Assembly: GCF_018350175.1 (NCBI RefSeq)
Contig: NC_058368.1
Coordinates: 146,012,001 to 146,076,000 of the forward strand
Length of the DNA: 64,000 bases
Reading direction: 5' to 3'
From: Felis catus
Taxonomy: Eukaryota
How positions within the stretch are numbered: the stretch's first letter is position 1; the number at the start of each line of letters is the position of its first letter. This document shows positions 38,305 to 51,214 of the stretch, in pieces. The translations under genes and the position numbers were made by a program. The notes under the pieces are model-generated. The model was not told the origin of the DNA. It did not search any database and saw only the letters and a program-made list of their open reading frames with translations.

Positions 38305-38545
38305 GCAGTGCAGGAAAGTTGAGAGCACAAAATTTGGAGTCAACCAGACTTGGGTTCAAATCTCATCTTTGCCACTTGCCAAATCTGGAGCTTAAAGTTA
38401 CATAACATCTTTGAACCTCAGTCTCCAACTTTATAAAATAGGGTTTTTTAAGGTCTGTATTCATACTCAGCTATGAGTATAAAATGAGGTGAAGCATGTA
38501 GATCACCTGACAGTGTCTGACATGTAGCAAGAGCCCCTTATATTA
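38305..38545 (+). mobile_element. MIR SINE
   Basis: ttggagtca...gacttgggttcaaatc...ccactt...tgaacctcagt...taaaatagg. Confidence 0.85.
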
Positions 38546-40169
38546 GAGTATCCCATGGGGGATCAGGTCATCCTGCTGATTTAAAGAGCTCTATCATACT
38601 TGCCATTCTAGGACCATATTTTTCTGCAGACAGAGTTGGTGGTTGCATTCTTAGACATCCTTGTGCATTTGGCTTCCATGTGGCCCCCAGCTGGAGCAGA
38701 GGGATAGAAGTCAGTGCTCCGTAGCACATGGGTAGCAGCCAGTTTGCACTAGGATTGCACTTTATTCGCTCAGCCATCTGACAGGGCGGAAGAGGCCCAG
38801 CAGCCTCCTCTCCCCAGTGTAATCCCTATGGAGAGTCAGTATACACAACCCACATTCATTTTGCCTCCACATGGCAACTGTTGTTCTTTTCTAGGGCTTC
38901 ATGTTTTCTTTCTTACCAGATCCTTTTCATGTTAAAATTGGGCAAGACCTACCTGCACAGCAGGCACGCTCTCCCCTCCTGATGAGTATCTTATTTCTTG
39001 TTTCCAATCCCACATGGTTAAAGCTGGTTGTTTTGGGAAACAAACAGGCTAGGACAAAGTTAGGGCAAACAGGATGTGTTCCCACTCAGGAGGTGGCATC
39101 CATAAAGGAGAGTCCCATGTGAGGTATGCTTTCTTACCTAGTCACTCTGTTTGAAATGGTCAAGAAGGGAGCAAAACAAAACAAAAAATCTGGATAAACG
39201 AATAAAGTTCATAAAAGTGAGATTTGCTTCTTTTAATCAGAGCCCATTTTGCCTCAAACACAAAACTGGACACGATATTTTAAAGATAGAATTCACTCGG
39301 AAACTATAATCAAGCAGCATAAATGTACTTATGATATGAAACTGAAATTCGGAGTTTCATTCTCAAAACTGAATGATTCCAAAAGGCTTCCAATGACTGG
39401 TATTTAACTAAAACATGATGATTTTAGCTCACCACTGAATAATATGTATCTCAGAGAAGCAGAAGAGGGGACCTTCTGGTTCACTTCAGGAATGGAAGTT
39501 GAGAAGTACAAGGGTAGAGAAAGGAAAAACCGAGGGAGATGGATCAAAAGTACTGTATTTCCAAAGAGAAATGGCCGTGCCCTGAGTGAAGAGTTTGGGG
39601 TGGGGAGGGGCTTCTTGCCCAGGATTTCTCAGAAATTCTTACGGGAATTGTCAAGATGATTTCTTGCTGCTGCTTTCTCTCCCTTTACTTGTTTATGCAT
39701 AGGCAGTCAGTTAGAAGTGAAAGTCCCAGCTGGGTATTTCTTCAGCTACATGTTCCTCTCTTGGTACAGCTTCATCTTTGACCGTTTGGCTCATTGTTTC
39801 TTTTTCCCAGTATAATTCTTGTACCCATTGTCATTCTTGAAGTCTGTAGACAGTCAGCTGCATTGATCAAGACTGACTAAGATTCTTTTCTTAAGCAGAT
39901 TTTAAACTCATTTGAACATATTTCTATTGAAATTATTTGAATGCATTCTAGCACACATTTTTAAAAACTTTTAAATTTAACATTTTAAGAAATAAATGGA
40001 ACTGCTGATTGAGGTGGTGATTTTTCAAAACTCATAGGGAACTAGACACCAAGAGGGTGAAGTTTGCTTAAAGTCAATTGCATCTCAACTTTTAAAAAGC
40101 TTTTTAAAAAGAGAAGTAAATATTGCAAAATTATCTGCTGAATTGAGGCACTATAGATAAACAGAACAG

Positions 40170-40556
40170 GTTGGGTATAGTATACGGAAGCTTAGAACGT
40201 CATGAGCTCTAGACTTTAGGGCCAGATAAGCCACTGATGAACTGTGGGAACGTGAGTGTGTAGTTTAATCTCCAAGGACTCAGTTCGTCATCTGTAAAAT
40301 GAAGAACTTGTCCAGACTAGCATTTCTCAAAGTTATGTTTGCCAAAATTTTGACTCTTCAGAATGTTTTTAGTTTTTAGGTGAAAAAAAGGGGAAGGGGG
40401 TTCCCTTTGGCTGCATCAAGCAAAATCAAATAGGTTTATTTAGTGCAAGACTTATCATAGCCTTTTTGCCTATATACAAATGTATCCATTCTACCTCATT
40501 CTACCCCAATGCCCAGCATCTGTAGGCCTAGTGTATAAACTTTGGGAGATGCTTAG
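40170..40556. mobile_element. MIR fragment followed by a hAT-Charlie (MER103-like) relic
   Basis: ctcagttcgtcatctgtaaaatg; agcatttctcaaagt...actttgggagatgct inverted ends. Confidence 0.55.
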
Positions 40557-41987
40557 CCAATCCTATTGTCTTCCTGACAATTGTTCTGATCATTTTGTCA
40601 GCCAGCAATTTTATTTGGATACTTAAATTCAGACAGATAAGCGAAATGAAGTTATTGATCAGTTATCATAACACAGTGATTTGCCATCAGGAGTCTGAAT
40701 GAGTGGGACAGTACTTCATACTGCTTGTGCAGACACAGATATGGTCAGTTTTCACTGTACAAATACATTTCAGGTTCGCCCCAGCATCTTTTGAGTGAGG
40801 TATACGTAGGAAGCAGGTGGAGGCCAGCAGAAATAAAAGGTAGCAGTAGAAGTATGGGCAGAGTCAAACCAAATTCTATTGGAAAATAACAACAATGGTA
40901 AGCCTAAAAATGTTTGAACCCTGTTACAAACTGGAACCAACTATTTGCTCTTTCCTTCCCAACATCGGTAAGAGCCAACTTATAGTACCAAAAAAGGCCT
41001 TCTTTTTAGCCCCATTCTGGGAGCCCATGTATTTACTGTTGGGGTGCAAAGCTGGGACTGGTGGGATCTTTTTTAACTGCAGGAACTAGAAGAAAGCAGT
41101 AGACTGTTTTTCCACATTATAATCAGCAACCCAGCTTTATATAGTTATGACTCTAAGGAAAATTTCATCTTAACTTTTCCAAAGTTCTTTTGGTACATAT
41201 CAAATTATTTATATGCTGTCAAAAATTGGCTGAAACCCAGTTATCTACAGCTATCCACAATTCCTAGAAAATTTAGCATATAATGTTGCTGTGGCCTTCT
41301 CTGTCTTTCTACAAGGAACTTATCTCGTTATATTAATGGTTATTGGCCTCCTTTACCATTCTTTCGCAACAAAATTCTTTTGGACAACACAAATAGAGAA
41401 ATGTAAATATGATCACATGTAATAAATGATTGCTTTTACAAGAGCTTAACTGTATGCTGTATATGATGAATCCCAGCACACTTCTCCTAGCTACATTTAT
41501 TAGCAACAGTGGTTGTTTCTCTTATGAATAGAGAGAAATAATACACCATTTAAGCAGTTCCCAACATATATATTTTTTTTTTCATAAGTTAAATACAAAT
41601 AAAAATCTTAGTAATTAAATTAATGGCATAATTTCCTTAGAAGTCCTGACTGGAGTCCTCAGTCAGAGTTGCAGAAAATAAAATTATAGTATACACCATT
41701 GGAAACAGAAGGATAATTGAAATTTGTGGCCTCTCCAGGGGCAGAATTTCAAGAATGGTCTTACTAGCTTGTTACTTGAAAGTAAACCAATTTAAGTGTC
41801 TTTTCCTTTGCAACATCGGAGATACTTAGGTTTCATTTAACCCTAGGAAGAAAGGAGGAAAACACAAGAAAATAATGTTTTCTCTTATATATTAGAGCAG
41901 TGGTTAGCTATCAGCAAGGTGACTAACAGTAGAATGCCTCCTTCAGGCATCAATTCTTGACTTAAAAGTTAATAGTAAAAATCTCAT

Positions 41988-42185
41988 GGGGCACCTGGGT
42001 GGCTTAACCGGTTGAGTGTCCAATTTCAGCTCAGGTCATAGTCTGACAGATTGCGAGTTTGAGGCCCTTATCGGGCTCACTGATGTCAGTGCAGAGCCCG
42101 TTTCAGATCCTCTGTCCCCCTCTCTCTGCCCCTCCCCTGCTTGTGCACTCTCTCTTTCTCAAAAATAAATCAGCATTTAAAAATA
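41988..42185 (+). mobile_element. Can-SINE (outer element of a nested pair)
   Basis: TSD taaaaatctcat at 41976-41987 and 42622-42633. Confidence 0.93.
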
Positions 42186-42196
42186 ATAGTAATAGA

Positions 42197-42494
42197 GGCA
42201 GCACCTGGGTGGCTCAGTCGGTTAAGCATCTGAACTCTTGGTTTCGGATCCGGTTATGATCTCATGGTTTTGTGAGTTTCAGACCCGCTTTCAGCTCTGA
42301 GGTGGCAATATGGCATCTGCTTGGGATTCTCTCTCCCTCTGTCCCTTCCCTGCTTGTGCTGTCTCTGTCTCTCTCTAATAAATAAGCTATTTATAAATAA
42401 GCTTGTGCTGTGCTTGTCTGTCTGTGCTTGTGCTGTGCTGTGCTTTTGCTGTCTCTGTCTCTCTCTAATAAATAAGCTATTACTATTAAAAAAT
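42197..42494 (+). mobile_element. Can-SINE in the tail of the previous SINE, with duplicated 3' end
   Basis: gcacctgggtggctcagtcggttaagc head; aatagtaata on both sides. Confidence 0.92.
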
Positions 42495-42721
42495 AGTAAT
42501 AATAAAAATATTAATGTTATTATTTATAAACATTATATATTTATGAATATTATATAAACATTATAAATAATTTGTTATTTAATATTATAAATGACATTTA
42601 TAATTTATTATTTATAAATAATAAAAATCTCATGATAAAATTATTTTGGTCAGTATAGATTTTTTTGTAATTTCCTTCAGCTCAGATATTACAAAAGAGC
42701 TTAAAAATTATGTTTGATTTG

Positions 42722-43060
42722 GTTGTACAAGATGAATAAGATCCTACAGATCTACTGTATATAATCGTATCCATAGTTAAAAAGGCTATATTGTATATTT
42801 AGAAATTTGTCAAGGGTAGATCTTATCACAAATCATAATAATAATAATAAAAAGAGAGGAGGAAATTTTTGGAAGTGATGGATAGGTTTATGGCATAGAT
42901 TGTGGTTATGGTTTCACGGATATATAGTTATCTCTAAACTCATCAAGTTGTATACATTGTATAGTTATGCACAACTATAAAGTTATGTATAACTATAGAA
43001 GTTATGTGCAACTTTTTGTAGGTCAATAAATAAAACTAACAAATAAGTAGAAGAAATTAA
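42722..43060 (+). mobile_element. L1MA/MB-like 3' UTR fragment
   Basis: gatctactgta...gggtagatctta...ggaagtgatggataggtttat...actcatcaagttgtatacatt. Confidence 0.8.
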
Positions 43061-43865
43061 TTTTTTTAAATAACAATACATTTGAACTTCAAGGAGAAAA
43101 GAATTGCCAACTGTGTATATCTTGTTTCTATTCCACAAAGACTAAATAGGACACTGGAAATATTATTTCAAAGTTCCCAGCAGTACATTCACAGTGTATA
43201 ATAAAGGATTTAGAATGCTTCTTGAATTGAAAGAATGTCAGCTACGAAGTAAGGATTTGATCAATAGTACCTACAAATCCCATCACTCAAAGATTGCCAA
43301 GACTACACTGTGGTCTGAAGAGGTTCAAAAAGCTCTAGAACAAAATAGGATACTGGGCCTTCTTTCCTGGTGCAGCAGAATAACAGAGTGAATGTGCCCC
43401 AGAAGCAGAAGGGATTTTACTGTCCCATGACTTTCCTATCTGCTATTCCTTTTCAATGCCAGCAAACTCTTCCTAGAGGGGAAATCACCTGACATTTTTA
43501 TATACTCCTGGGGCAGAGCACGAAGAGTCTATGCTTCTCATGCCCCCGTCTACATGACTCTACCATGTGCTGGGACAGGGCAGCTGCACTGGGCTTCTGG
43601 CACAAGGTGATGACCAAGAGTTGGGGAGAAGGGCTGTCTGCCACAGCACATTTCTGACCCTGATGTTCCTGCTTTCTTCTACAGAAAGGTATCTCATTTG
43701 ATTTAATGTACTCTAAAAATATATTCACTTTCGTGTTTGTTGTTTTTCCCCTAACCATTTATTTTCCATCGAAGTGTGATCTTTTCTATCTATGACATTT
43801 TGGAAGAAGTTAGTCCACACTTAGTCAAAGAGGTGTCATATTTTGTTTTACATAAGGCAATTTTT

Positions 43866-44079
43866 TATTTTTTTAATGTTTTATTTATTTTTGAGAAAGA
43901 AAGAGAGCATGAGCAGGGGTGGGGCAGAGAGAGAGAGACAGACACACAGAATCGGAAGCAGGCTCCAGGCTCTGACCTGTCAACACAGAGCCCGATGCAG
44001 GACTCGAAACTCAAGAATGGTGAGACCGTGACCTGAGCTGAAGTCTGCAGCTTAACTGACTGAGCCACCCAGGCGCCCC
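43866..44079 (-). mobile_element. Can-SINE (SINEC_Fc2-like)
   Basis: TSD taca(t/g)aaggcaattttt. Confidence 0.96.
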
Positions 44080-44169
44080 TACAGAAGGCAATTTTTCAGG
44101 CTTTCTTAATAGAGCTTGCTCCTGCGATTGATCCATGCTCTCTAAATGTTTCAAGTTTCTATCTATTGC

Positions 44170-44354
44170 CCTGTTTATTTCCCCCATACCACTTATCTCA
44201 ATCTGTTTTCTGCTCTCCTGTTCTTTGTCTATACCAGACAAGGTGTATGAGGGCAGGGACCTGTGTCTGTCTTGCTCACTGTGTGTCTCCAACACCAAGC
44301 AGAATGCCTGGCACAAAAACTATGTGTGAAAAGGACGGTAAATGAATGAATGAA
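44170..44354 (+). mobile_element. L2 3' end
   Basis: atgagggcagggacctgtgtctgtcttgctcactg...gcctggcaca...aatgaatgaatgaa. Confidence 0.85.
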
Positions 44355-47300
44355 GCTGATGGTGATAGAACAGAGTGGAGGTGCTCCTACTTGGCCAGCA
44401 GCTTTGTTCGTCAATTCATGCAAGTTCATAAATGGGGAGCTCCTATGTAGAGGAGCTCCTGCAACTTTGTCCTGCTTCCCCTGAGTGTGGCTCGATACCC
44501 ATCTCATGTAGATTTCTAGGCTGCCACTTCTGCTGGATCTCTGCTCTTCCTGAGTTGAGGCATTGTGAACCTAAAGCAGGCTTTTATGGCTCTGTTGGCC
44601 CTGACCCTCCCTGGTGCCTTTATTCAGCAAAGCAAGCCAAATTTTCTTCTCATTATCTTACCATTCAAGTTTACCCAAAAGCTTGGACCTTTCAGTGCTC
44701 TGCCAAGAAACACTCTTTACACCATTCATAACATCTGGCCTACAGCTTCTAATAACCCACAGGATGCCTTGACATAAACAACAGCTAATTTTGTATTGTG
44801 CAAGATTTCGGTTATATAAAAAATGAGATAATGTACATGAAAGTACTTTCTAAACTATAAAATCCTATACAAATGAAATAGATAATGATCATGATTACTA
44901 CTATCATTGCTGTTGCTTTAGCTAGGACAGAAACTTCTTTGAAAAGCCTTTTCACATTCTGTTCTTTTGGCTTTTAAGAAATATTGAGCTACATGTTTCC
45001 AGGGAAGAAATTGTTTCCTGGCATTAAAATAGAAATTTTAAGAAAATCACATTAACACTTCCAAACTCCATGTTACAGAATAGAGGAGAAAAAAACAAAA
45101 ACAAAAACAAACAAACAAAAAAACATGCTCTATGGACCCAGATCCACCATTTATCCAAAATGTGAGAGATAGGCATTTCTTAGTAGTTTATATTATCAGG
45201 TAAGGCATACAGCATAAGCTTTGAGATATACTTTTATTTCCTATCATGGAAGGATGAGCTTGATTTCCCCCTTATACAAATTATCTCCTTATCGCCCTTC
45301 TCAGAAACTCCTTAGGGAGGAGACCCTACTATGCCAATCAACCCAGTGATATCTCAGATCACATCAGACTCATCATAAGAGCAGTTGCCCAAGCAGTGTA
45401 ATTTGAACCACATCAGAAAGTCCCTACATGGCTCTACCTAGAGGTCTAGCCCTAGGGATTGAATAATTGAATAATAGTCCCAGTCTCCTTTCAACTGACA
45501 AGAAAAAGTCATGCTAAATAAATAGGAGTACAAAAATGGGTGGGTCCATACAAACATGTCTCTTTAACATGGGCATGTCTCTAGAAGGTGTTGAGTTGCA
45601 TGCTAGCAAGAGAGGTAACTGAAGAAAAGGACATCTCAGAAGGGTACTATAAGCAAGCATCTGTTTCACAATTTTGACCTTTGCTATTGAAGAACAGCCT
45701 ACTCTCCTCCACTTCCTTGAGCAATATTCCCATTTAATATTAATTCATATAAAAGAAAAATGTATACCAAGAGTCCCTGAAAGCCCATAACTTACTAAAT
45801 GGTACCACAGGATTCTTAGTTAATATAGAGTTCAAATGTATAATGTATTTTCATGAGGGACTGTACTCCCTGACAGAATCTAGCTCATTAATTTTCAGAA
45901 GAGTCAAAACACTTTTCAGGTTTTATTTTTGCAACATCGGACTATCCTTTAGCTTCCCTCTGGTAATGAGGAGTCAGAGGGGGACGTGATGAAACTATCC
46001 CAGGTAAAAGACATCTAACTGAAGAACCTCAATATTATTTACATGCATGTGACACTGACTTCAAGTTTCATTGACAATTGGACTGGAAATTGGCATTTGT
46101 AAAGGAGACTTTGTATAGCATTCAGCAGGCTCTTAAAAAATGTATAATTTAGTCTTGGTAGTTTGCATAAAGTAGAGGTTAGATTCTGCCAATGACCTTT
46201 CATGAACTTCTAGGAGTGGATAGTCTCTTGCTGAAAAGGTAAAAAATAAAGACTCTCTTTTCCTTACCAAGGTGGTAATTACATTTAAGTTTATGTAGCT
46301 CTGATGTTCGTGGGAGAGCTTTATAATTTACTCCTGGGTAGGCTCTCTCTGCAAAGCCCTTTTTCCCCCTTGGGAGAAAAAAAATTTTTTTAACTAACAT
46401 CCTTGCAAATTGGATAAGTGTTGTATTACGGTGGTTTGCAACCCATTGATAGAGCCTTACATGCTTTGAACTTTAGTAACAGCATTTGAAAGAGAGATTA
46501 AAATCCCTTTAACTGGCAAGCATTCACTTTCTAAAAATTCCTATTTCTAAGGCATGAAAGCATTGCATTTTGAAAGCCATGTAAGCCCAAGCAAAGCAAA
46601 ATGTACCTCTACTCAAATGAGTTCATTGGTGGTCAGACCTTTCAGAAAATGACTTTTTTTGAGGCTGTCTGCAAATACCCAAAGAAGCTGGTCCTTCATT
46701 CAGCATCACAGGGTTCCTCTGCCATCATGGTAATTATACATGTTGCCAACCCAATTAAGATGGCATGGGGAAGGATGAGTATTCATTGTAGCCATTTCAC
46801 TTTACAGTCAGTGGTAAATTCTGTGAGAAAACTTTATCCCACAACTTTCCCATCCTCCTGGAAGGGGGGCCCTTGGTGGTCAGCCAGAAACATACACACC
46901 TATCAATATAATTCATGCTGCTTAGGGTTCAAAACCAGATATTTCCCAAGCCAGGGCAAATTAGCCTTTGGCATTGCAACTCTAGATTATTTATCCACTC
47001 AGGCACATCTATACAATGAGAAACAATTGCCTTGAAAGGCAATAAAATGTTGCATACAGTTCCCAGGGGCTGGTCTGCCTGATGAAGCATTTAATCAACT
47101 AGGCCACAGAGCCATTTGCCTTCTGTGTATGCAGGGGAGGCAGTTAGTGAAACGGGTTGAGGATCAGGCCTGGATTTTCTCCACAGGCTCTTCAGGCAGA
47201 GTCCCAAAAGTTCATCCTCAGGCTGTTGATGGGTGTTTCCAAGCTCAAGAAGTCAGCTTTGCTCTCTCAGAAAACTCAGGCCAGGAAGTTGTTCTCCAGT

Positions 47301-47944
47301 ATTCTTCCTGAGCTTTTAGACTCATGGTTAGCACTTCTTGACAATTATTTTAAGTGCTTTAGCTTTCTTTCCCCAATAATAATGGAGGTTACACGGACGC
47401 AGGAGGATGGCATTTTTCCTCCACAGCATCTAAAGCAGTGCTTGGATGGATAATTGGTTCTTGGAGAAATACATCTTTATTGGTCTACTTCCTCATGGCT
47501 CCTCACCTAAACATTTCGTTTACTAAGCACTTACTTAGTAAATGCTGCCTTCCCTTTCTTTTGATCTAGGCCTTTCCCTCAGCCGTTTCCATTTGATGCT
47601 CCCTGACTCTGAAGTCTCCTAGGTCAGTAAATTGCTATTAAGATTTTTTCAGTGTATACACTTTCATAGATGCAAAGTAACTGCATCAGAGCAACTCATT
47701 TATCTAATGGTACTTTGCATGTAAGAATAAAAGGGAAAAGATCTTTTGGAACCCTAATTGTTCATTTATCTCTAGAGATGTATCTGTACAAATTATCTGG
47801 CCACCTTATTCAGGAAGCACAAGAACCTTCCTTTATGTATGTGAGTATGACAGATGCATTTATTTGAATAACATTGGCAGGCTCTACAATGAGTTCTAAT
47901 ACCAATCCCTGGTTCATCTTCACTGCTGAACTGTTTATAACTCA

Positions 47945-48130
47945 TTTGGGGCCTGGGTATGCTCAGATACACTGTAGGATAATCCCATCTCTGCTGCATA
48001 TTAGTTGTATGACTTTGGTCACATTATTTAACTTTGCTGCCTCAGTTTACCAGTCTGTAAAATGGAAATAGCAGTAATAGTAGCTTATAAGGCTGTTGTG
48101 AAGATTAAATGGGTTCATACAGGTAAAGCA
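47945..48130 (+). mobile_element. MIR SINE
   Basis: aatcccatctctg...tgactttgg...gcctcagttt...tctgtaaaatgg...gtgaagattaaatg. Confidence 0.85.
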
Positions 48131-48974
48131 TCATTTTTTTTTCTTCCAGATTTAGGGATGTTCTCATTTGTTCTAGTAAATTTTGTCCCGTACAAGCTGA
48201 GTATAGCTGGGAGATGATACTACTTAATTTAGGATTCTTAGCACGGAGTCCTTGGCTTTTTATTACATACTTATTCAAAATACAGGCTTCAAGTAATGAC
48301 TCTGTATCTCTCTCTCCAGATAATACCTTAGATTGAGAGATTCCCAGGGACGAGAACTTTATCCTAAGCTTCTTAGGTGTATTACCCACCACATGTAACA
48401 TAGTATGTCACTCAGAGTAAGAGCCCCATGTTTATATTTTTGATAATTTTTTCTGTTCCTTCCTCTCCAGTTGACCAAGGCTGATTATGACATCATTGCA
48501 CTCTTCCTTCTCTTCTATACCATGTAGGTTTTGCTATGCTAGAGGTTACAGAGACTGTGAAGCATAAAGCAATGGGGGACTTAACACATCACTAAATCAA
48601 ATATGTGTTCCTTGCCAGAACTCTTGATTTTTAGATGGAAGAAAGGACAGAGATAATTTTGGACAGGTTTGTGCCCTGGGTCATTTGTGGGTTGTTTGTA
48701 GATTACTTATGGGTTGGCATGCTGATAAAATTGAAAGGCAGTGAAAAATTCTCACAAACATTCAGTTGAAGCCAATATAAGAATCATCGATTTTGAGCAA
48801 CTCTGGCTGCATCACTGGGGCAAATGGCCCATAAAGGTGTGCTTAATGGGACGCACTGCACTTATGCGTGAAAATATGGATGAAGAACTCGAATTCACTG
48901 GGCCAGACTCCTTCCTGCACGTTCTTATGTGGCCTTACTGTAAAATGCCTTTTTTCCCCAGCTGTTCATCTCAC

Positions 48975-49146
48975 CTTTGAATGCAAATTCAATAGTGAAC
49001 TGGCTGCATTCTCTCCAGAAGGAACTATTTTCAATGCTAGAAAACGTAGCCGCAAAAGAAAACCCTTGCAGAGGAATTTCCCTCCATTGGAAAGAATCCA
49101 CTCCCACTCTATTAGGTAGTTTTTTTTACTAACTCTGGAAAGTCCC
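48975..49146. promoter_or_regulatory. Candidate enhancer: octamer plus two NF-kB sites
   Basis: ATGCAAAT 48981-48988; GGAATTTCCC 49073-49082; GGAAAGTCCC 49137-49146; motif evidence only. Confidence 0.4.
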
Positions 49147-49863
49147 TTCTCTTATTTAGTCCCTTTGGCATGGTCCCCCTATAGTTGTTTCTAGAGTTAT
49201 CTTGTGATTTATTATTAACGTTATTAACTGATTATTTCAGACAGCCTAGGCTGCAGTCCACAAGAACGAAACTTGCCCTTTCTTACCATCTACCTGCAAA
49301 AAAATCTCTCCTGGGTTTTTTTCCCCATAAGCTGTGACTTTCCTCAGCACTTTTGTTTAGTTTAATGTGTTCTGTGACCCGTGTACAAAGCATGTCTTTT
49401 TAGTTGGAAATGAGCTGGTGTTTTGGTGATCACTTGCACATGTTACTGCTTTCCCTTTGTTTCTCTGCCTACTCCATTCTAAAAGCCTACAAAGGAAAAG
49501 GTGAATTCTGTTTGAACCAGGTGAGAATTCAACTTTGGACTAATTTTTTAAAAATGGGTAGGTTTTTCTAGTGAAGGGTTTTGATGTGGTTTCCTTTTGA
49601 ATTTTGCTCTTTTGAATGTTTTTCTAACACCCAGATATTGTTTAAAATTAGTAGAGGGCAATTGAACTGTATGACTATAAAAACAAACTATTATCATCCA
49701 GTGAGTTCTATATATTCTTAAACACATAAAATAAAATCATAACTAGTTGCAATTAGTTGGTGACTTTTATATTTGCACTGTAATGAGAAGAATATCGTGC
49801 TATTGCCCAGCATAAATTCCTGAGGAAATCTGAGGTAAGGAAATCTTTCATTTAAACTGGTCT

Positions 49864-50080
49864 GGGGGTACCTCGGTGGCTCAGTTGGTTAACAGACCAA
49901 CTTCAACTCAGATGACGATCGCACATTCGTGGGTTCGAGCCCCGCCTTGGGCTCTGTGCTGACAGCTCAGAGCCTGGAGCCTGGAGCCTGCTTCAGATTC
50001 TGTGTCTCCCTCTATTTTTGTTCCTCCCTCATGTTCCCTCTCTCTTCTCTCTCTCTCCCTCAAAAATTAAAAAAAAAAAA
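49864..50080 (+). mobile_element. Can-SINE (SINEC_Fc2-like)
   Basis: Typical body with an extra gagcctg unit; degenerate TSD attt(a/c)aa(c/t)tggtctg. Confidence 0.95.
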
Positions 50081-50354
50081 ATTTCAATTGGTCTGAACAC
50101 TAGAGAAGGGACAGTCATGTTTCAGGTCAGTCTTTGTGGTAGCTGCTGAAGAGGGCAGGAGGTTCCTTCATGATTTGGGACTGGGGCAGAGATGATTGCA
50201 GAAAGCACTGGCTCCTTAATTTCCTGAGCCTAGGAGAATCCAGGAGGGGAGGTTCCTAAAGATCTTTCATACTCATCCTAGAAGCCCTTTCTTTCCCACC
50301 AGAATTGACAAGACAGGAATGGAATTTAATTAGCATTAAATGGCAAACTGATTT

Positions 50355-50562
50355 TTTTTTAAACATTTATTTATTATTGAGAGACAGAGAGAGAGCATGA
50401 GCAGGGGAGAGGCAGAGAGAGGAGGAGACACAGAATCAGAAGCAGGCTCCAGGCTCCGAGCTGTCAGCACAGAGCCAGATGCGGGGCTCAAACTCACAAG
50501 CTGTGAGATCATGACCTGAGCTGAAGTCGGACGCTTAACCGACTGAGCCACCCAGGTGCCCC
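50355..50562 (-). mobile_element. Can-SINE (SINEC_Fc2-like)
   Basis: TSD aaactga(a)ttttt. Confidence 0.96.
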
Positions 50563-51214
50563 AAACTGAATTTTTAGTTTTGGTAAGGCTGAAAGCCTTT
50601 CAGATCTCCTGGAGGTAATCACTAGGCAATTGCTCCCTCCTTGCCATAGCAAGTTACTTCATCTCTCCATGCCTCAGTTTCTTCATCTTTAAAAGCTGTA
50701 GAGCTTGCCTCTCCCACTATCTCCCGCATACACAAACCAAAACTCTACCAGTCCTGCTTGTTACTCAAGGTATACAGCTTTGTATCTTTGTTGTGGGCTG
50801 TTTCTATACAACTACAGTGAAATAGAGAATTGATAGTACTATGGAGAGTTGAAGTTATGTTCAAGTTTACCTTTGGAAATATTCAGAGAATGACTGTCTT
50901 TTGAATATCTATTTAAGTGCCCTACAACTAGACCCTGTGGCAAAGAAATAGATGAAATATAGGTGACACCCTGGAGCTCATTTGTTTCAAACTTCACCTG
51001 CCCCAAGTCCACTAGAGTGACTCATGCTAAAACCATCGTATCATCCTAGTTGTCAGATCCGATGGAAAGCCACGTTGATCCCATTCATATCTTAAGTGAC
51101 TTCTCTGGAGCATGTGGCATTGTGAAAATTTGAGCCACTCTCTCCATGCTGATTGCCTTGTTTGTTTGTTTGTTTGTTTTCTTTTTACATTGGAGAGATA
51201 TTATAGAAGAGATA

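Noticed and set aside
46601..47035. 144-aa ORF
   Set aside because: No recognisable homology or supporting gene structure
48868..49119. ORF with an RKRSRKRK basic patch as a coding exon
   Set aside because: No recognisable homology and only a weak donor; the DNA is better explained by TF motifs
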